Positions 26,037 to 39,290 of a DNA stretch of 64,000 nt are shown here, one piece after another (position 1 is the stretch's first letter; the number at the start of each line of letters is the position of its first letter). Position numbers and translations under genes: made by a program. The DNA is from Antedon mediterranea (lineage: Eukaryota; Animalia; Echinodermata): the NCBI RefSeq assembly GCF_964355755.1, contig NC_092671.1, positions 20,770,001-20,834,000 of the forward strand. Direction: 5' to 3'. The notes under the pieces were generated by a model. That model was not told the DNA's origin. It was given only the letters and a program-made list of their open reading frames with translations, and searched no databases.

Positions 26037-26677
26037 ACTAGAAAGCCACTCCGAGGGTGCATACCTCCGCCTGCTGTAAAATTCTACATAATAAGATTTA
26101 TTTTCCGGAAAAATTGTGTGTGTCTTAATGCTGTGTGTGATTTAGACTAATTTCACTACAAGCATGTGTAGGCCTATGCGAATTTGGTGTGATGGTTATG
26201 TAACTGGCCTTTCAACTAAAAGCAGACTAACAACAGCAACGCGAAAAACAAAACGAATAAATTTGATAATAGGTTTTTTAAACTACTTGCATAAAAAAAC
26301 ATGTACATTGAATCTAATTATGTTTTAAAATTACAAGCCACAAGTTATAATTCTTGCCTCTTGAACAAAAATGAAGTTTTTTGGACAAGTAGTTCTCGAG
26401 AAAATGCAATTTTAGTTTACTCGATACTTGCTCACCGGCTTTTGAAAATTCTGTCCTATCTTTTAACACTAGCAGGTCTGAAAATAATTCTAAAAAGTGG
26501 TCCAGAATTAGGACCGTGGTCTGGATTGCCTCCAAAATTTAATGGAGTGGTCCTTGACCGCATATCTATCTGTATTTTCATTTCATTTTGGGAAAGATCT
26601 TGTAATTACTTTTTGAGTAATCCTGCTAACAAACAAACACACGCGATCGATTACATATACCTCCTTGGCTGAGGTAA
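26037..26677 (-). mobile_element. HINE family 2b element
   Basis: Minus 5' TTTACCTCAGCCAAGGAGGT plus (TGTT)n; 3' GGCGGAGGT plus hairpin GCACCCTCGGAGTGG plus CTAGT. Inserted without TSD into the duplicated block. Homologous to 53770-54337. Confidence 0.85.
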
Positions 26678-27056
26678 ATTAAAACAAAATAGACACTGAA
26701 ATATAAAGAAGAGTATGCCTATTAAATTTATCTTCTTTCTAATATAAATGCTGTATAATGCACCTCTCCGCACTATACATACATTTATAGATTTGTGTAT
26801 ACTGCATTGTACTGTATTATTACTGTACTATCTTTTTGATTCCCAAACTTCTCGAACAATCATTAGATGACAATCACAAGATGATACCCGTCCATTGGAC
26901 GGGTATCTGCTGGTATTTCTAATTGATAGTCACTTCATTACTAAATAGTATACACAAATTAGAGTCTATAATTGTGTTTCTATGAACAGCATTTTATTGA
27001 TGTGCGAATTAAAGTCATAGATCATAATTCAGTTGAGAATCATTGCTTCGGTCTTA

Positions 27057-27224
27057 AGCTCTATCTACACTATCAAACTTTATGTGACAAAAAAAATGTG
27101 ATGTGCACATAATTATATGGAAATGATGATGTCATATCACTATCATATTTGGAAATATCACTACCATATTTGGGCACATTACACTTTTTTTTCAAAAGTA
27201 GTTTGATATAGTGTATACAGAGCT
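27057..27224. mobile_element. PIF/Harbinger-type MITE, TTA TSD
   Basis: TTA|AGCTCTATCTACACTATCAAAC ... GTTTGATATAGTGTATACAGAGCT|TTA. Confidence 0.8.
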
Positions 27225-30140
27225 TTAGTGAGGTACATATTGAGGGCAAAATCAGTTAAAAGCTTATACGGTATATAATGATGCTGACTATATGTAACGC
27301 GCAGCTCCTCGGATGACCAGCTGCTGAGCATATCCTACCTCAAATTCAGTGCATAATCCACTTGTTGCTGACTACATCATTTGAGTTCCATTAGAATTAA
27401 TTAGTGGCTTCATTTTGGATTTTATACGGTACTTGTAGATCCTAAACGTCTGTAATGACATTTATATTATTTAAGGTGATGATCTAGCTCATTTTTGGCC
27501 CTCCTAAAATGGGGTCTGGGTTAACTTTTCAGCTGCTCTAGATCATTTTTTTTTATCCTTTACAATGTCTCTCTTAGCCACACCAACCAAAAGAAAAGCG
27601 CCAGATTGTCATCTTCATACATTGATGTACGTAGATAATTGTCACATGCATAGAAATTGCATCTTTCCAGCTAGGTTGACTGGGCTCCTGCTCTTTTGAT
27701 TTTAAAACAAGGAATATGAATTACGCAGAAACATAAGTTGCAAGTCGTCTTTCCATTTATTTCTTATTTTAGTGAACCACATTTATCCAGATTGTTGAAG
27801 AATACAGTTAAAAAAAGCCCCCCCCCCCCACTAGTTTGCAAAAGTAGGCCTAATCTCGAAAAGAAGCCCAGCTATTAGTGTACTAAAAAGAAAAATAAGC
27901 CCATTGGCTGCTTTTGAAGTTTTTTACGGTATAATGGGTATAATAATATATAAATCAAAAGGCAAATTTACTGAAAATAATGACAATGGTGCGGGTATCA
28001 ATGGCTGGATCTCAATTAGTGGCGTTCCTTTCCTAAAAAAAAGAGTCGATACTTCAAATTTGGTTATAAGTACAGGTATTGGAAATTTGCAACTTTTAAG
28101 ATTTCAGACCATTTAAAATTTGACCTCAGATAATGTCTGATTCCTCAGAACTCGTAAACCGTACATCCTAGAAACATGAACATTATTACAAATGATGCAG
28201 AAGTACTACTTTCTACTCATTGTTTAATAGAAACTTATGCATTCAACACAGTACTATTGGAGTTATTTAGAAATAATAGATCTGGATCTATTGGGCAAAC
28301 CTTGAAAATGTAAAAAGATGCATGATAGAAGTCTAAATGTTTTATACAGTATAACATTATTTTCCATGCATTGTCGCATTGTGCTAGCTAATTGCTCACA
28401 CCATTTTAGATATCACAATTTATTACATTTAATGTTACTTACAGTTATGTGTTTTGGTGGCTGGTTGTACTGAGCAAAATCTGTACAAATTACTACATGT
28501 TAACTTTGACTTTGACTTAGCCTCACCATGGTTTGACTGAGGTAAAAAAAAAAAAAAACTTTTAGTAGCCCAACACTCTTTTAGTCACTAAAAATCTCTG
28601 TACCGGAGTATCTTCAGAATGTTTGAAATAAGACTATGGCGAAGAACGTACTGTAACTTAGGATGTGTGTTAACCAATGGTGTTATTGTAAGGATCGTTT
28701 CTTCTTCAACAAACTTTTAGGAATATAGAGCTGGAATATTCAATCATTTAATGATACCATTATAATGTTTTTCAGAGGATTAAATTAGCTCCTTGTCAGG
28801 TAGACCAGGGTTCCCTTTCACACACACACACACACTGTATAATATATTCAAATTTACTTGCGAAGATAAGAAATATATTTTTACAATGTTAAACTTGGCA
28901 CTCTCTATAGAACGAATGGTTGCTGCAATATTATAACTTTCTTACTAGTGGTTGCTGAGACCAATGGTCAAAAATAAAGTTTCACGGTCATTTATGGCAA
29001 AAGTTGTCTATTAAAGTGAATATAAATATGTATCTTTTGCGTATTGTGATACCACCTACGACCATATCCGCCTAACGATTTCTGAGATATTAAAAGTGTG
29101 CTCTAAGCCAAAAATGTGCCGGCTATATCCAAATTAGGGCTTTATTGACAGTTTTATGATTGTCATTACACTTTCTGACCATTGGTTGCTGAGATATTCA
29201 TATGGCATATTTCTTGACCGGTGGTCAGAAAAGGGGTTTCTGTCCACTTTTGTCAAAAGTCTCCCATTAGAGTGAATATAAATATGGGTCTTCTGAGTAA
29301 TTTGGCACAAAAAGTATTCCAATAAACCCAGTATTTACCTCAAAGTCGTAACTTTGACCATATTGACCTTTTGGCCCCTGTACTGACTAAGCAAAAAATT
29401 GATTTGTATTGATAAAAGGAAGCAAATAACATTGTTGGCATAGTTTGCTAGAGGGTGCAGATAACCCTTTCTGGCTCCCTACCTGAAAACACATCACTTG
29501 CTCGTGGAGGCGATAGAGGTTATTGGTTCTGATGAAATGAGTAGCTATCTTTGAAATTAAGCCTGTAAAGATAAATGTAAAACTATTTGAAAGATTCCAC
29601 AAAAATTAACTACAAATATCTATAGTTTAATAATTGAATATTATATTATGTATGTAGTTTATTTTCTTACATTACAAGTTTAATTGAAACAATTTTACAA
29701 TGCACTTCCAGTCGATACTTCAGCAAAATAAAACCACACTCCATAGTTAGTTGCCTCACTCTCATTTTCAATACTGTACTGGGAAAAAACAAGTTGCATT
29801 ATTTAACTTGGGTGATACTGTATAACTTGGCCACTACAAACAATTATAATAATAATAATAATTTTCTTTCTGTTTTTTATTAATTTTGTACAATATCCAT
29901 CCATTTAAAATGTTTAATAGGCACTTGACAAGTGGGCTCATAATAGTATCTAGAGTAGTCCTAGCTAGTAGTACTCAAGACTGGTTAGATTGAGTAAATG
30001 TAGGCCCTGTGTGTGTGTACATTTTTCCTGGCAAAATTAAATATAATTTATTTATTTAATGATATCAATATTTAACCAATTTCACTGTAGCACATAGCTT
30101 ATAGAGCCTAGGCCTATAGTCGAGTCAAACTGTTTCATTA

Positions 30141-31672
30141 CCCCAAAAAATTGCAAGAAAATGTTTTTTGATGAATTACAATAAAAAATGGTCTCAAAAA
30201 ACATATATCAAAAGTTTACCAAATTCGGACTACCGCAAAGGTTCAAAATTTGACGTTAAAAAAGATGGCCGCCAATTTTTGAAAATCGGTAACCGCTTGT
30301 AGTAGACAGCTGTATTTGGTGTCAAATTGTTCAAAATATATATGTTTATATTTACACTTTTTGAACATTTTGTTGAAACATGACCGGAAATTCCATGTTG
30401 TGACCTTTGACATATATGGCATGACGTTTATATATCTACGTAACTGCAAATCACATATTGGTGTCAAAATGTTCATAACATACATATTTATATTTACTGT
30501 TTTTGAACATTTTGTTCAAAAATAACCGAAAACATAAGGTTTTGACCTTTGGTACTTATGGCATGAAATATTTTCACATACATGTACAGGAGGCATGTTT
30601 TACGCGAATGATATTTTCATGCAGAGCCTATCAGCTTTTACGCACTTAGACACACAGCGTGTTGAAGTTTCATATGTAGTGTTTTGTAAAAATTGTTAAA
30701 TATAAAATACCTAAATTATTCCTAACTTGATTACAGAATATAGAGGAATCTTTATTTGTAATATATGTCAGGTTTGTGGACGTTCAGTTTAATTGTTTGT
30801 TCCGACATACCACTCTTCTGCTCCTTTGTAATTTCGTCCTCGTATAAATGCTCCACACACTTTCCAAAAAAAATCTGGAGTGGGATATTTGATGCACATT
30901 TACATTTCGATGGAGAGTTCAGATGTTTTATGATTCTTGTTCTTGTTGCCATATTTTGTAGCGAGAAGTTAAATTGTGTCATAATTGTTTTCATTTGATT
31001 GTTTTCACTGCCATTTGCCTTTCCTTTAATCCATTTTCAAATGCAATTCTTCCAGATCCTGTATGTATATTACAGGCTCTGCATAGACATCGTGTCAAAG
31101 GGAAAACCTTGTGTTTTCGATTATTTTTCAACAAAATTTTCAAAAACAGTAGATATAAATATGTATGTTCTGAACATTTTGGCACCAATATCAAGGTACT
31201 ATGATTTTTAGCTACGTAGATATGAACATTTTTTTATGCCATATATGGGTCAAAGGTCACAAAATGGAATTTCCGGTCATGTTTCAACAAAATGTTTAAA
31301 AAGGGTAAATATAAATATGTATGTTCTGAACATTTTGACACCAATATCAAGACTCTGTGATTTGCAGTTACGTAGATATATAAACGTCTTGCCATATATG
31401 TCAAAGGTCACAAAATGGAATTTCCGGTCATGTTTCAACAAAATGTTCAAAAAGTGTAAATATAAACATATATATTTTGAACAATTTGACACCAAATACA
31501 GCTGTCTACTACAAGCGGTTACCGATTTTCAAAAAATTGGCGGCCATCTTTTTTAACGTCAAATTTTGAACCTTTGCGGTAGTCCGATTTTGGTAAACTT
31601 TTGATATATGTTTTTTGAGAGCATTTTTTATTGTAATTCATCAAAAAACATTTTCTTGCAATTTCTTTGGGG
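30141..31672. mobile_element. Foldback-type non-autonomous DNA transposon (CMC/EnSpm-like) with >400-bp TIRs
   Basis: TTA|CCCCAAA...TTTGGGG|TTA. 30141-~30560 is the near-perfect reverse complement of the right arm. The arms contain ~130-160-bp subterminal tandem repeats. Confidence 0.85.
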
Positions 31673-32045
31673 TTAGGCCCTATATTTTCATATTTTGACC
31701 TGACTAACGCTTATAATGCTAACGTTCTTGCGCCGTGCCAGGAAAGTGGTATCAATCAATGTCAAGTGAGGTGAAACCGGAATATGGAATCTTTTAGTTT
31801 AGTCGCGTTTTTTTGTCTTATTTTTGCGGATACCATCCATAATCTGCTACAAGCAACAACCTTATTAAATCTAACATCCGTAAAGTTTAATGTGCTTTCT
31901 AAACACTGCTTTCATGGTGGAAACAATATTTAACGTCATGTTGTTATTGTGTATATAGGCGCTACATGAAATCGTAAATATTTGTATTAGGATAAAACTA
32001 TTTTAATCTATTTTTTTGCTCCACGGAGAATCACTTTTTCTCTAT

Positions 32046-32408
32046 AGAGAGGGAACCAACAAGATGGTGGCTGCAATCGACCAATCAGATATGCCCTACG
32101 CAGTACGCACTGCTATACGCCTGTGTTGAGCCTATCTGCATGAGAATGATGATACGCAACGCAGCGTGTTACTGTTAAGCGTATAAATGCGAACGAATTC
32201 TATATGATCCTTGTATACAAAAATTGCTAGATTACCAAGAAATTATTGATTCCATTGCGATTAACAATATATCTAATTTTATAAAATTTCACTATGCTTT
32301 GACAAGTATGTTTTGTAATTAATGTCATTATTATAACATTATTATTTTAAAAATTAAATAATGTTTTTGAAGACATTTACGGCCGCCATCTTTTTGGTTC
32401 CCCCTCCT
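32046..32408. mobile_element. MITE with imperfect ~27-bp TIRs (ISL2EU/Harbinger-related type)
   Basis: AGAGAGGGAACCAACAAGATGGTGGC / GCCGCCATCTTTTTGGTTCCCCCTCCT. Confidence 0.55.
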
Positions 32409-34516
32409 GTTGGAAGCACTTTTTAGTCTGGAGTAAGCCCTCTAGCCTTCGGCTTATTACACCTCTTTGAATTCAAACTAACTACAAGTTCTGAGAAATC
32501 CAGAGAGGCGTAATAAACATAGAGCATTAGAGCCATATTATAGGTCCTAGGTCTATAATGGCGTAGAATAATTCTAAACCGCCTGGTGATATACTGAAAA
32601 ATATATATATAAACATCACAGGCCACCTGGTGATATGCTGAAATTTAATTAATTTTAAACGATAAAGATGAGGAACTATGTGAGAATATATATATACATC
32701 TTTTGTTGTGAAAGTTATATATTTCATCAAGAAATTTGGTAAATGGGCAGTTTTTGGTCCGTGGGTTGAAAAATTTCATTTACTGATTTTGAACTCTTGA
32801 CCATGTTGAAGTTCTGGATTTCATAAAAAAGGAAATCAAATCTTTGCACTTGATCACTATTACAGTGAACAAGTTTTAAAGGTTGCCTAAAAAATCATAT
32901 TGCCATATACAGATCGGTGTTTAGTCCTTTTGCCATTCCCTACCAGATGATATCACCAGTTTTTTAACGTCTGACGTCTTTTTATTTATTTTTAGTTTAT
33001 TATTAAAATATAAATAGTGATGATTAATCAAACTCTACTTTTGACACAGATGTTGGCGGATTCTTAAAGGTACAAACATTGTAAATGTTGGGAAGCAAAA
33101 AACCTGTGTTGAACATAAACAACAGCTCTTATTCATTTTATCAAGATATTAAAATTATTCTGAAGTGAGAAACAAGTGAAAAACATAATTTAATTTTATT
33201 GTTTCACGTTATGTGTATCAATAAAAAAATTTGATTAATTGGTTACTAGCCACAAACCATGTTTGAAAAAACAACATTTTAGGCAAGTGCATAGAGAGGG
33301 TGGTAAAGAAAATATATCAAGCAGTTAATGCACAAATAAAGTAAATAAAAAATATCTAAATACCTATCTAAAATATTGAAATGCTTATATCGCTGTGTTA
33401 CATAACCTAATATTTTCAATTAAATTTAAATGAAGTGCCAAATCAATAGTTTTAACAAAATCCACATTATTTATCTTTACTGATATTTTAATCTAATTTT
33501 TGTAAACACTCATGTGGGCAATTTAAATGTACAACACCAGAAATGATTCAGTAACTACCAGAGTGGGGATAAAGATGTAAGCAGACCGCCAAGCATAAAC
33601 ACAGGAACTTGTGTAACAGAAAGTGTAACAAGGCCGACAGAGGTCGTGCTGAAGTGATATGATAATACGGTGAGTGAGGATTAAGTAATTCTTTGAATAT
33701 AGAAATGGATTTGTGATCCTAGGCGATGTCCCTGAAGCTTTAAAAACAAAGTGTAGAAACTGCATTGTAATAATGTTCGTTAGTTGTGTATAATTTTAAT
33801 ACATCACCTTAACAAATCGAAGTAATAATGGTCTAATTTTAACTTGGGTTGAGATAAAAACAGAATTAACAAAGCTCACTCATATTAATAGTGTTATTTT
33901 CACACTGATTATATACTGCTAAACCACAACCACCAATTGTTAAAAGTCCAATTTATCAGACACTAATAGCAAGATTAAATATACAGTATTAGAAAAGGAA
34001 TGTAAAGCATAGATAAATTAAATTAAATGCTTAAAAGCACTGATTATCAATTGTTGTGTAGATTCTGCCATTAATATGCCTACTTATCAAAGGGACAGAG
34101 TAGGCCTAGTAAGCTATTTGAAAAAAAAATGGCAGAAAAACAGATAAAAAGGAAAGTAAAAATGAGAGCAGAAATGCACAATCAGCTGCAGTATATACTT
34201 ACCTCTGTATTCCAAGACCCTGGTTACTACACGGATTTGACATCCATACAGGAAAAAAAAGAAAAAGAGTAGCATTGTCATTGTGAAGGTGCGACTGTAA
34301 TGCATTTTATGGGTACAAGTGTCATACTGTATTATGATGCAAATAGTACTGTAGCATTATTATGCGAATCGTGGAATTGTGGTTTAGAAAGGACAATAAG
34401 AGGCAGTAGGGAGGTAGACGTAAAACTAAGAGGTAGCAGCCTAATGGTAGTTCTCAGAGGAGGAAAGAGATGAGGCTTAGGCACAGGCAAATACTTCATA
34501 AATATGCCAGGAGAGA

Positions 34517-34695
34517 AGGCAAGCTACTCATTGTGATTTTACTAAATGGCCAAGAACTCATTGTGATTATGGGAAACGGCCAAGAATTAATTCGATTGTA
34601 GTGAACAGCAAAGAACTCCTGCGACTGTGATAAACGGCGAAGGAACCATTGAGATTATGGTAAACGGCAAAGAAACCATTGCGATATGGAAATAG
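34517..34695. repeat. Degenerate 30-bp minisatellite (~6 units)
   Basis: Recurring AA(C/T)GGC(C/A)AAGAAC(T/C)CATTG(T/C)GATTATGG(T/G)A with period ~30. Confidence 0.75.
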
Positions 34696-35475
34696 ACCAG
34701 GCTGTAGTGGACAATAAACGCAATTATAAACACATGGGAGTAATGTTGTTCTGTAATTGTGAATCTTTATAAGCTTTGAATATATGTTGAATTAAAAACC
34801 ATAAATGGCAATTAGGCTTTGTGATACAGTATGTTTTATAGTATATAATTGTAATTTACCCATGTGACAAGTATAAACAATGAAATGGCATTGATTTGGT
34901 TTAAAAAACAATTGTTTGCATTTAACATACTCTGCATACTGCAAATGGATACTTTATTTACTTTATATTTTATTTGATTTCCACATCATCCAACAGCGAC
35001 AATAACAGGATTGCATACATAGAAAAACAAAATAATACAATATACTGTATACCATTAATATTATATATAATTTTATATTTATTCTATTCAAAAAAACCTG
35101 ATGATGTATCTATATTGGGTAGATATTAATTGACAAAATCTAGGACAGGTGCTTGCAGTACATTTCTTATTGATATTATAATTTAAAATATTTCTAAATA
35201 TTCATTAAACATTGTTTTCATGCATAATCAATCAATATTTGTTTGTTAGACTGTATAAAACTTGTACTTGAACAAAAATTTTTTAAAAATATGAAGATAA
35301 ATTTTACAAATAATAAAATCTCCTATGGAGATAAATGCATGTACGACTTACTATGTCGGATTATTGTCCAAATTGAAATCATCTTAGATTCCTAAATATT
35401 AACTTCAATAAAAATAACGATAAAATAATGTGTAAAGAAAATTCAAGTACATAATGACCTGAGAATTTCTATTTA

Positions 35476-36094
35476 GGGTATGTTCAGACTCACGGAGTTA
35501 TGGCGTACATATTTTTGTGTCTGAACCAGACTGCGGATTAGCGTTAGGAAGCTGTTACTCCGCGCCAGTGGCGTTAATAACTCTAGCAGGAGAGGGTAGA
35601 TTTAATAACGCTAATCCAGTGATGCATCATTGATTTTAACCTTAACCAATGAAAAGACACGACCACGATTAGCAGAAAGCAACTTTATACCTGTACCTGT
35701 ATACGACAATGAACTAGCTATGTCAAAATGTATTTTCAGGTTTTCAATTTGCATAGATTAAATCAATTAATCAGATAATTGTCCGTGTAATAATTACCTT
35801 TTAAATTATTTTGAATTAAAATGCAATTCTACAAGTAGTAAGAACAAATCAATATTTGAAGGTAACATTATTTAAATAAAAGTAACAGAAAAACAATTTT
35901 ATGATGTAAACTTTCATGCATTGTCATGAATGTATACATATAGTTCTATCTGCTTTGACCTGATCAAAGTGTTTTAAACGCAAGACATTGGAATGTTGAT
36001 CGTTGTGTCTGAACACCTTGGCTTTTAACGCCACGGATTACTGTACGCCTTGCGTAGATAATTCCACCGTAACTCTGTGAGTCTAAACATACCC
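35476..36094. mobile_element. PIF/Harbinger-type MITE
   Basis: TIRs GGGTATGTTCAGACTCACGGAGTTA / TAACTCTGTGAGTCTAAACATACCC, flanked by TA on both sides. Confidence 0.8.
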
Positions 36095-37489
36095 TAGGCA
36101 AGTTTGAAATGTTATGTTAAGCCACATAATTAATTTGATGATTTTATTGTCCTCATATAGATGGCATGTTTAATATAACTTCATATCTTTTTTCTCCCTA
36201 GTTTATTATTAAAAATTGTTAGACATAGTTTTCAATAATACTACTAATAATAACTATTATTATTTATTGTATAAATGTTATTTTTATAAAATTATTAGTA
36301 TTGCTTGCACTCACTTATGGATTAAACAAACTTTTATTTATAAAGACTCATTTATTGTCAACATTATATTTAATTACTTAATGATATAATGTTTATAAGA
36401 TGCAAAACCATACAATATATAATAATATTCATTGAACATTTCTGTTGTACACAACGCAAATAAAATAATAATTGTAGTATTGAATCATACATGCTCTGAC
36501 CAGGTACCATAACAATTAATTAAAAAGAAGATTAGATTAATTAAACAAAAACCATGAAAAAAAGTTTAACATTGAGGAGTAAAACTAAATTATACAGTTC
36601 AGGACTGACATACTGAATACTAATTATGTTTTATTACGATTTAGATATTCAAATTTTGTAAATATTTAATGTATCTTGATTGATGTATGTACATTTTAAA
36701 AATTTAACAAAGTTAACTTTTGTATGTTATGAAGTTTTGTGTCTACTGTAAAGCCTATTGTTTGTAAAAGACTATCATTAAATGTTGTTATTTTCAGTTT
36801 GTACTGTAGCTTATTTTTTAAAGATGAAGATAAGCATCCTCAGTCCAGTTGTACTGTAGAGCCAGAAGAAAATATCTGCCTTGGTTCTATCTGTTAATAA
36901 AACAACAAAATAGTGTTAAGAAGAAATGGAAAAAACATTGGAAATAAATGTTCCAAATATAGCTTTTTCTTATTACTGTGTTAGCATAAACGTTCTGCTC
37001 TATATTACAATGCAAGGTTTAATTTGTAGATCCAGGGACTGGGGTACAGAAATTAAGGAAAATATTTTATGAGAAAACATAGCGGCTTATTGCAAATAAT
37101 ATTTGCAGAAATAAAAATTACTTACAATTACTACAACAACTACATTGTGGGTCATTTGGTTATTCAATTCACCATATGTTATCTAGGATTACGGCTGGCT
37201 AAGTGGTGGTAACATTTTTCAGCGAAGAACATTCCTTGCCGTTACACATTTAGAGAAATGGCCACACATAATGTGAGAGTTGGGAGATAGTCAGTGGAAA
37301 CATTCTTACTGACCTAACTACCATTCATCTTATGAAACATTAAATTGGCTTAAAGTCTTTATTTATGTTTATTTTAACATTAGATACATTATTTAACTAT
37401 ATGTACATGAGTAAAACAAATCTAAGATTTTAAACTTATTTATTTAAATAAAATTTTAAATATAAAAAGGCAAGTAAAACAAGGCATTA

Positions 37490-39290
37490 ATAAAAGGCAA
37501 TGAAGGCAGATAAAGTGTCTAATCTTAACGCATTATATTCAGTTTTCATATTGATAAATCCTCCACTATGGGTCACGCACAAAAGCTTTGCTGAACTTGA
37601 CCTTACATCTAATCTAGGGCATTGGGATTTTGATGTATTAAAACACAATGGCTTTGAATTTTTGTTATATCTTCGGCTATCTATGATGTATTGTTGTGCC
37701 CATTTAACCACCAACATTAGTAGAAGTCCATGGAAATTGAATATATCACACGGTATATACCTAATACTATACTAGATAACTTCACACAAAGCGGTTTTGT
37801 TTTCAGAAAATATACAAAAAAATGTAAATAAGTAAGATTAAATACTAGAGTTTTACTTGTATACTATAAACACCACAGGTCCAGAACATTAATTCTAACT
37901 ACCCAGTGATATACTGCAAATTAATTCACTTTTAATTGTCATAGAAGTTTTGTGTCAGATAATATTTTTTGGTTAGATGTTAATTTTTACATCTAGTACA
38001 AAAAAAGGGAAACGATGAATGCCAAATCTTCTAGATTAGGTAAAGGATATATAATCAAATTTATATGATTTTTCACAAGATTTTGATAGATAGATAGATA
38101 GAAATCTTTCTTTATTCTGGATTCATTCAATATTTGTACATTGTTCTTCCTTGAAGTCCTTACAAATTACAAATATAAACAATAAAAATGGAAAATTATG
38201 AAAACGTTTTTAAAGACTACAATACAAGAAACAAGAGAAAAAAACCAGTTAGATCAAATCTTTAAACGATTGCAAAGTTAATGAATTTATAGAGCTGCGA
38301 ATATCTGGTGAAAGATTATTCCAGAGTTTGACTGAGCGGTATTGAAATTTTCTTTTAACAGATTCATTATGCCATTTTGGTAAGACTAAAGTGTTTTTCG
38401 ATTTGCTTCTTGTATTTAAATTATGATAATTATCAATAAAATCATAAAAATAAATTAGGCATTTTCTTTTGGCGTAAGTCAAGGGTAGTCAAGGCACATA
38501 TTTATCTACAAATATCGGCTTGTAAAAAATTTTTTTCATTTAACAACCTATTTCTTTCTTTTTAGATATATAAGAATAATCAGGGACACCTAAACCGCTG
38601 TTCCATGACTGTCGGCAACATCACTCACAAGTTTATCTGTTACACTCATTAAAAATCAATCTAGCTCATTAATACCCCTTTCAAACATTGACTGTGAAAA
38701 TAACATCAATTGACTTGTCACCTACAAATTAGTAACCTCGACCTCAGTTGTCGGTACTCTGTTATCAAAGCATTTGCAATTCAACTTTTTTTAACTCACG
38801 GCATAAACGATTAATGCTGGACAACAGACCCTTGAATACTACAGGTCACTACATAATACAAGCATTTGTGACTAAATCTTTTTTCTCACAAAATTTGTGT
38901 TTGTATAATTGGAAAATGTTGATTCGGAATCCAGGATTAGATTTTTCATTACCTTATTCATTTTGTGACTACATTAGGAAACGAAAAACACTTGCATTTT
39001 TCAAAAGGGACATGATCGATGTTGTATTTGTCTAATAGCCAGGCCACCATCGGCAAAACAGAGAAGGAATGTTTAAAGGCAATTTGAGTTTAATATTAAA
39101 GTCACGACTCGAAATGATCTTGTTCAATTTCATAATGCGTTATTTACAGCTTGCCTTCGGTAAGCACTCAACTATCTCAGTTAGCAGACCAGGCAATTTA
39201 TGTAGATCAACATCTTGCACGAAACTTTTCTATCCGGTCTCATACTTAACTGAAGATAGAACAATGGGTTTAGCTTCAATTAAATAAAGC
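37490..39290 (-). pseudogene. Possible highly decayed Penelope-like element remnants (GIY-YIG-like piece at ~37500-37760; N-terminal-like piece at ~38580-39290)
   Basis: Frame-hopping translation gives VIYSIS / NVGG*MGTTIHHR / SKPLCFNTS / WRIYQ, resembling the PLE GIY-YIG layout (VIYxI, YVGET, HFN, WIYQ). Weak, by-eye similarity only. Confidence 0.3.
38085..38482 (-). mobile_element. CR1/L2-group LINE 3' end fragment
   Basis: HNLNTRS...KRKFQYRSVKLWNNLSPDIR; AATAAA followed by a (TCTA)n tail. Confidence 0.8.

Noticed and set aside
26301-26672. 123-aa ORF and similar ORFs at 51566-51835, 55675-56003 and 30243-31556
   Set aside because: They fall within non-coding HINE/MITE repeats, and frames are not conserved between copies.
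28983-29540. Chapaev-like transposon end (CACGG start)
   Set aside because: Only one putative end was seen, with no matching TIR or TSD.
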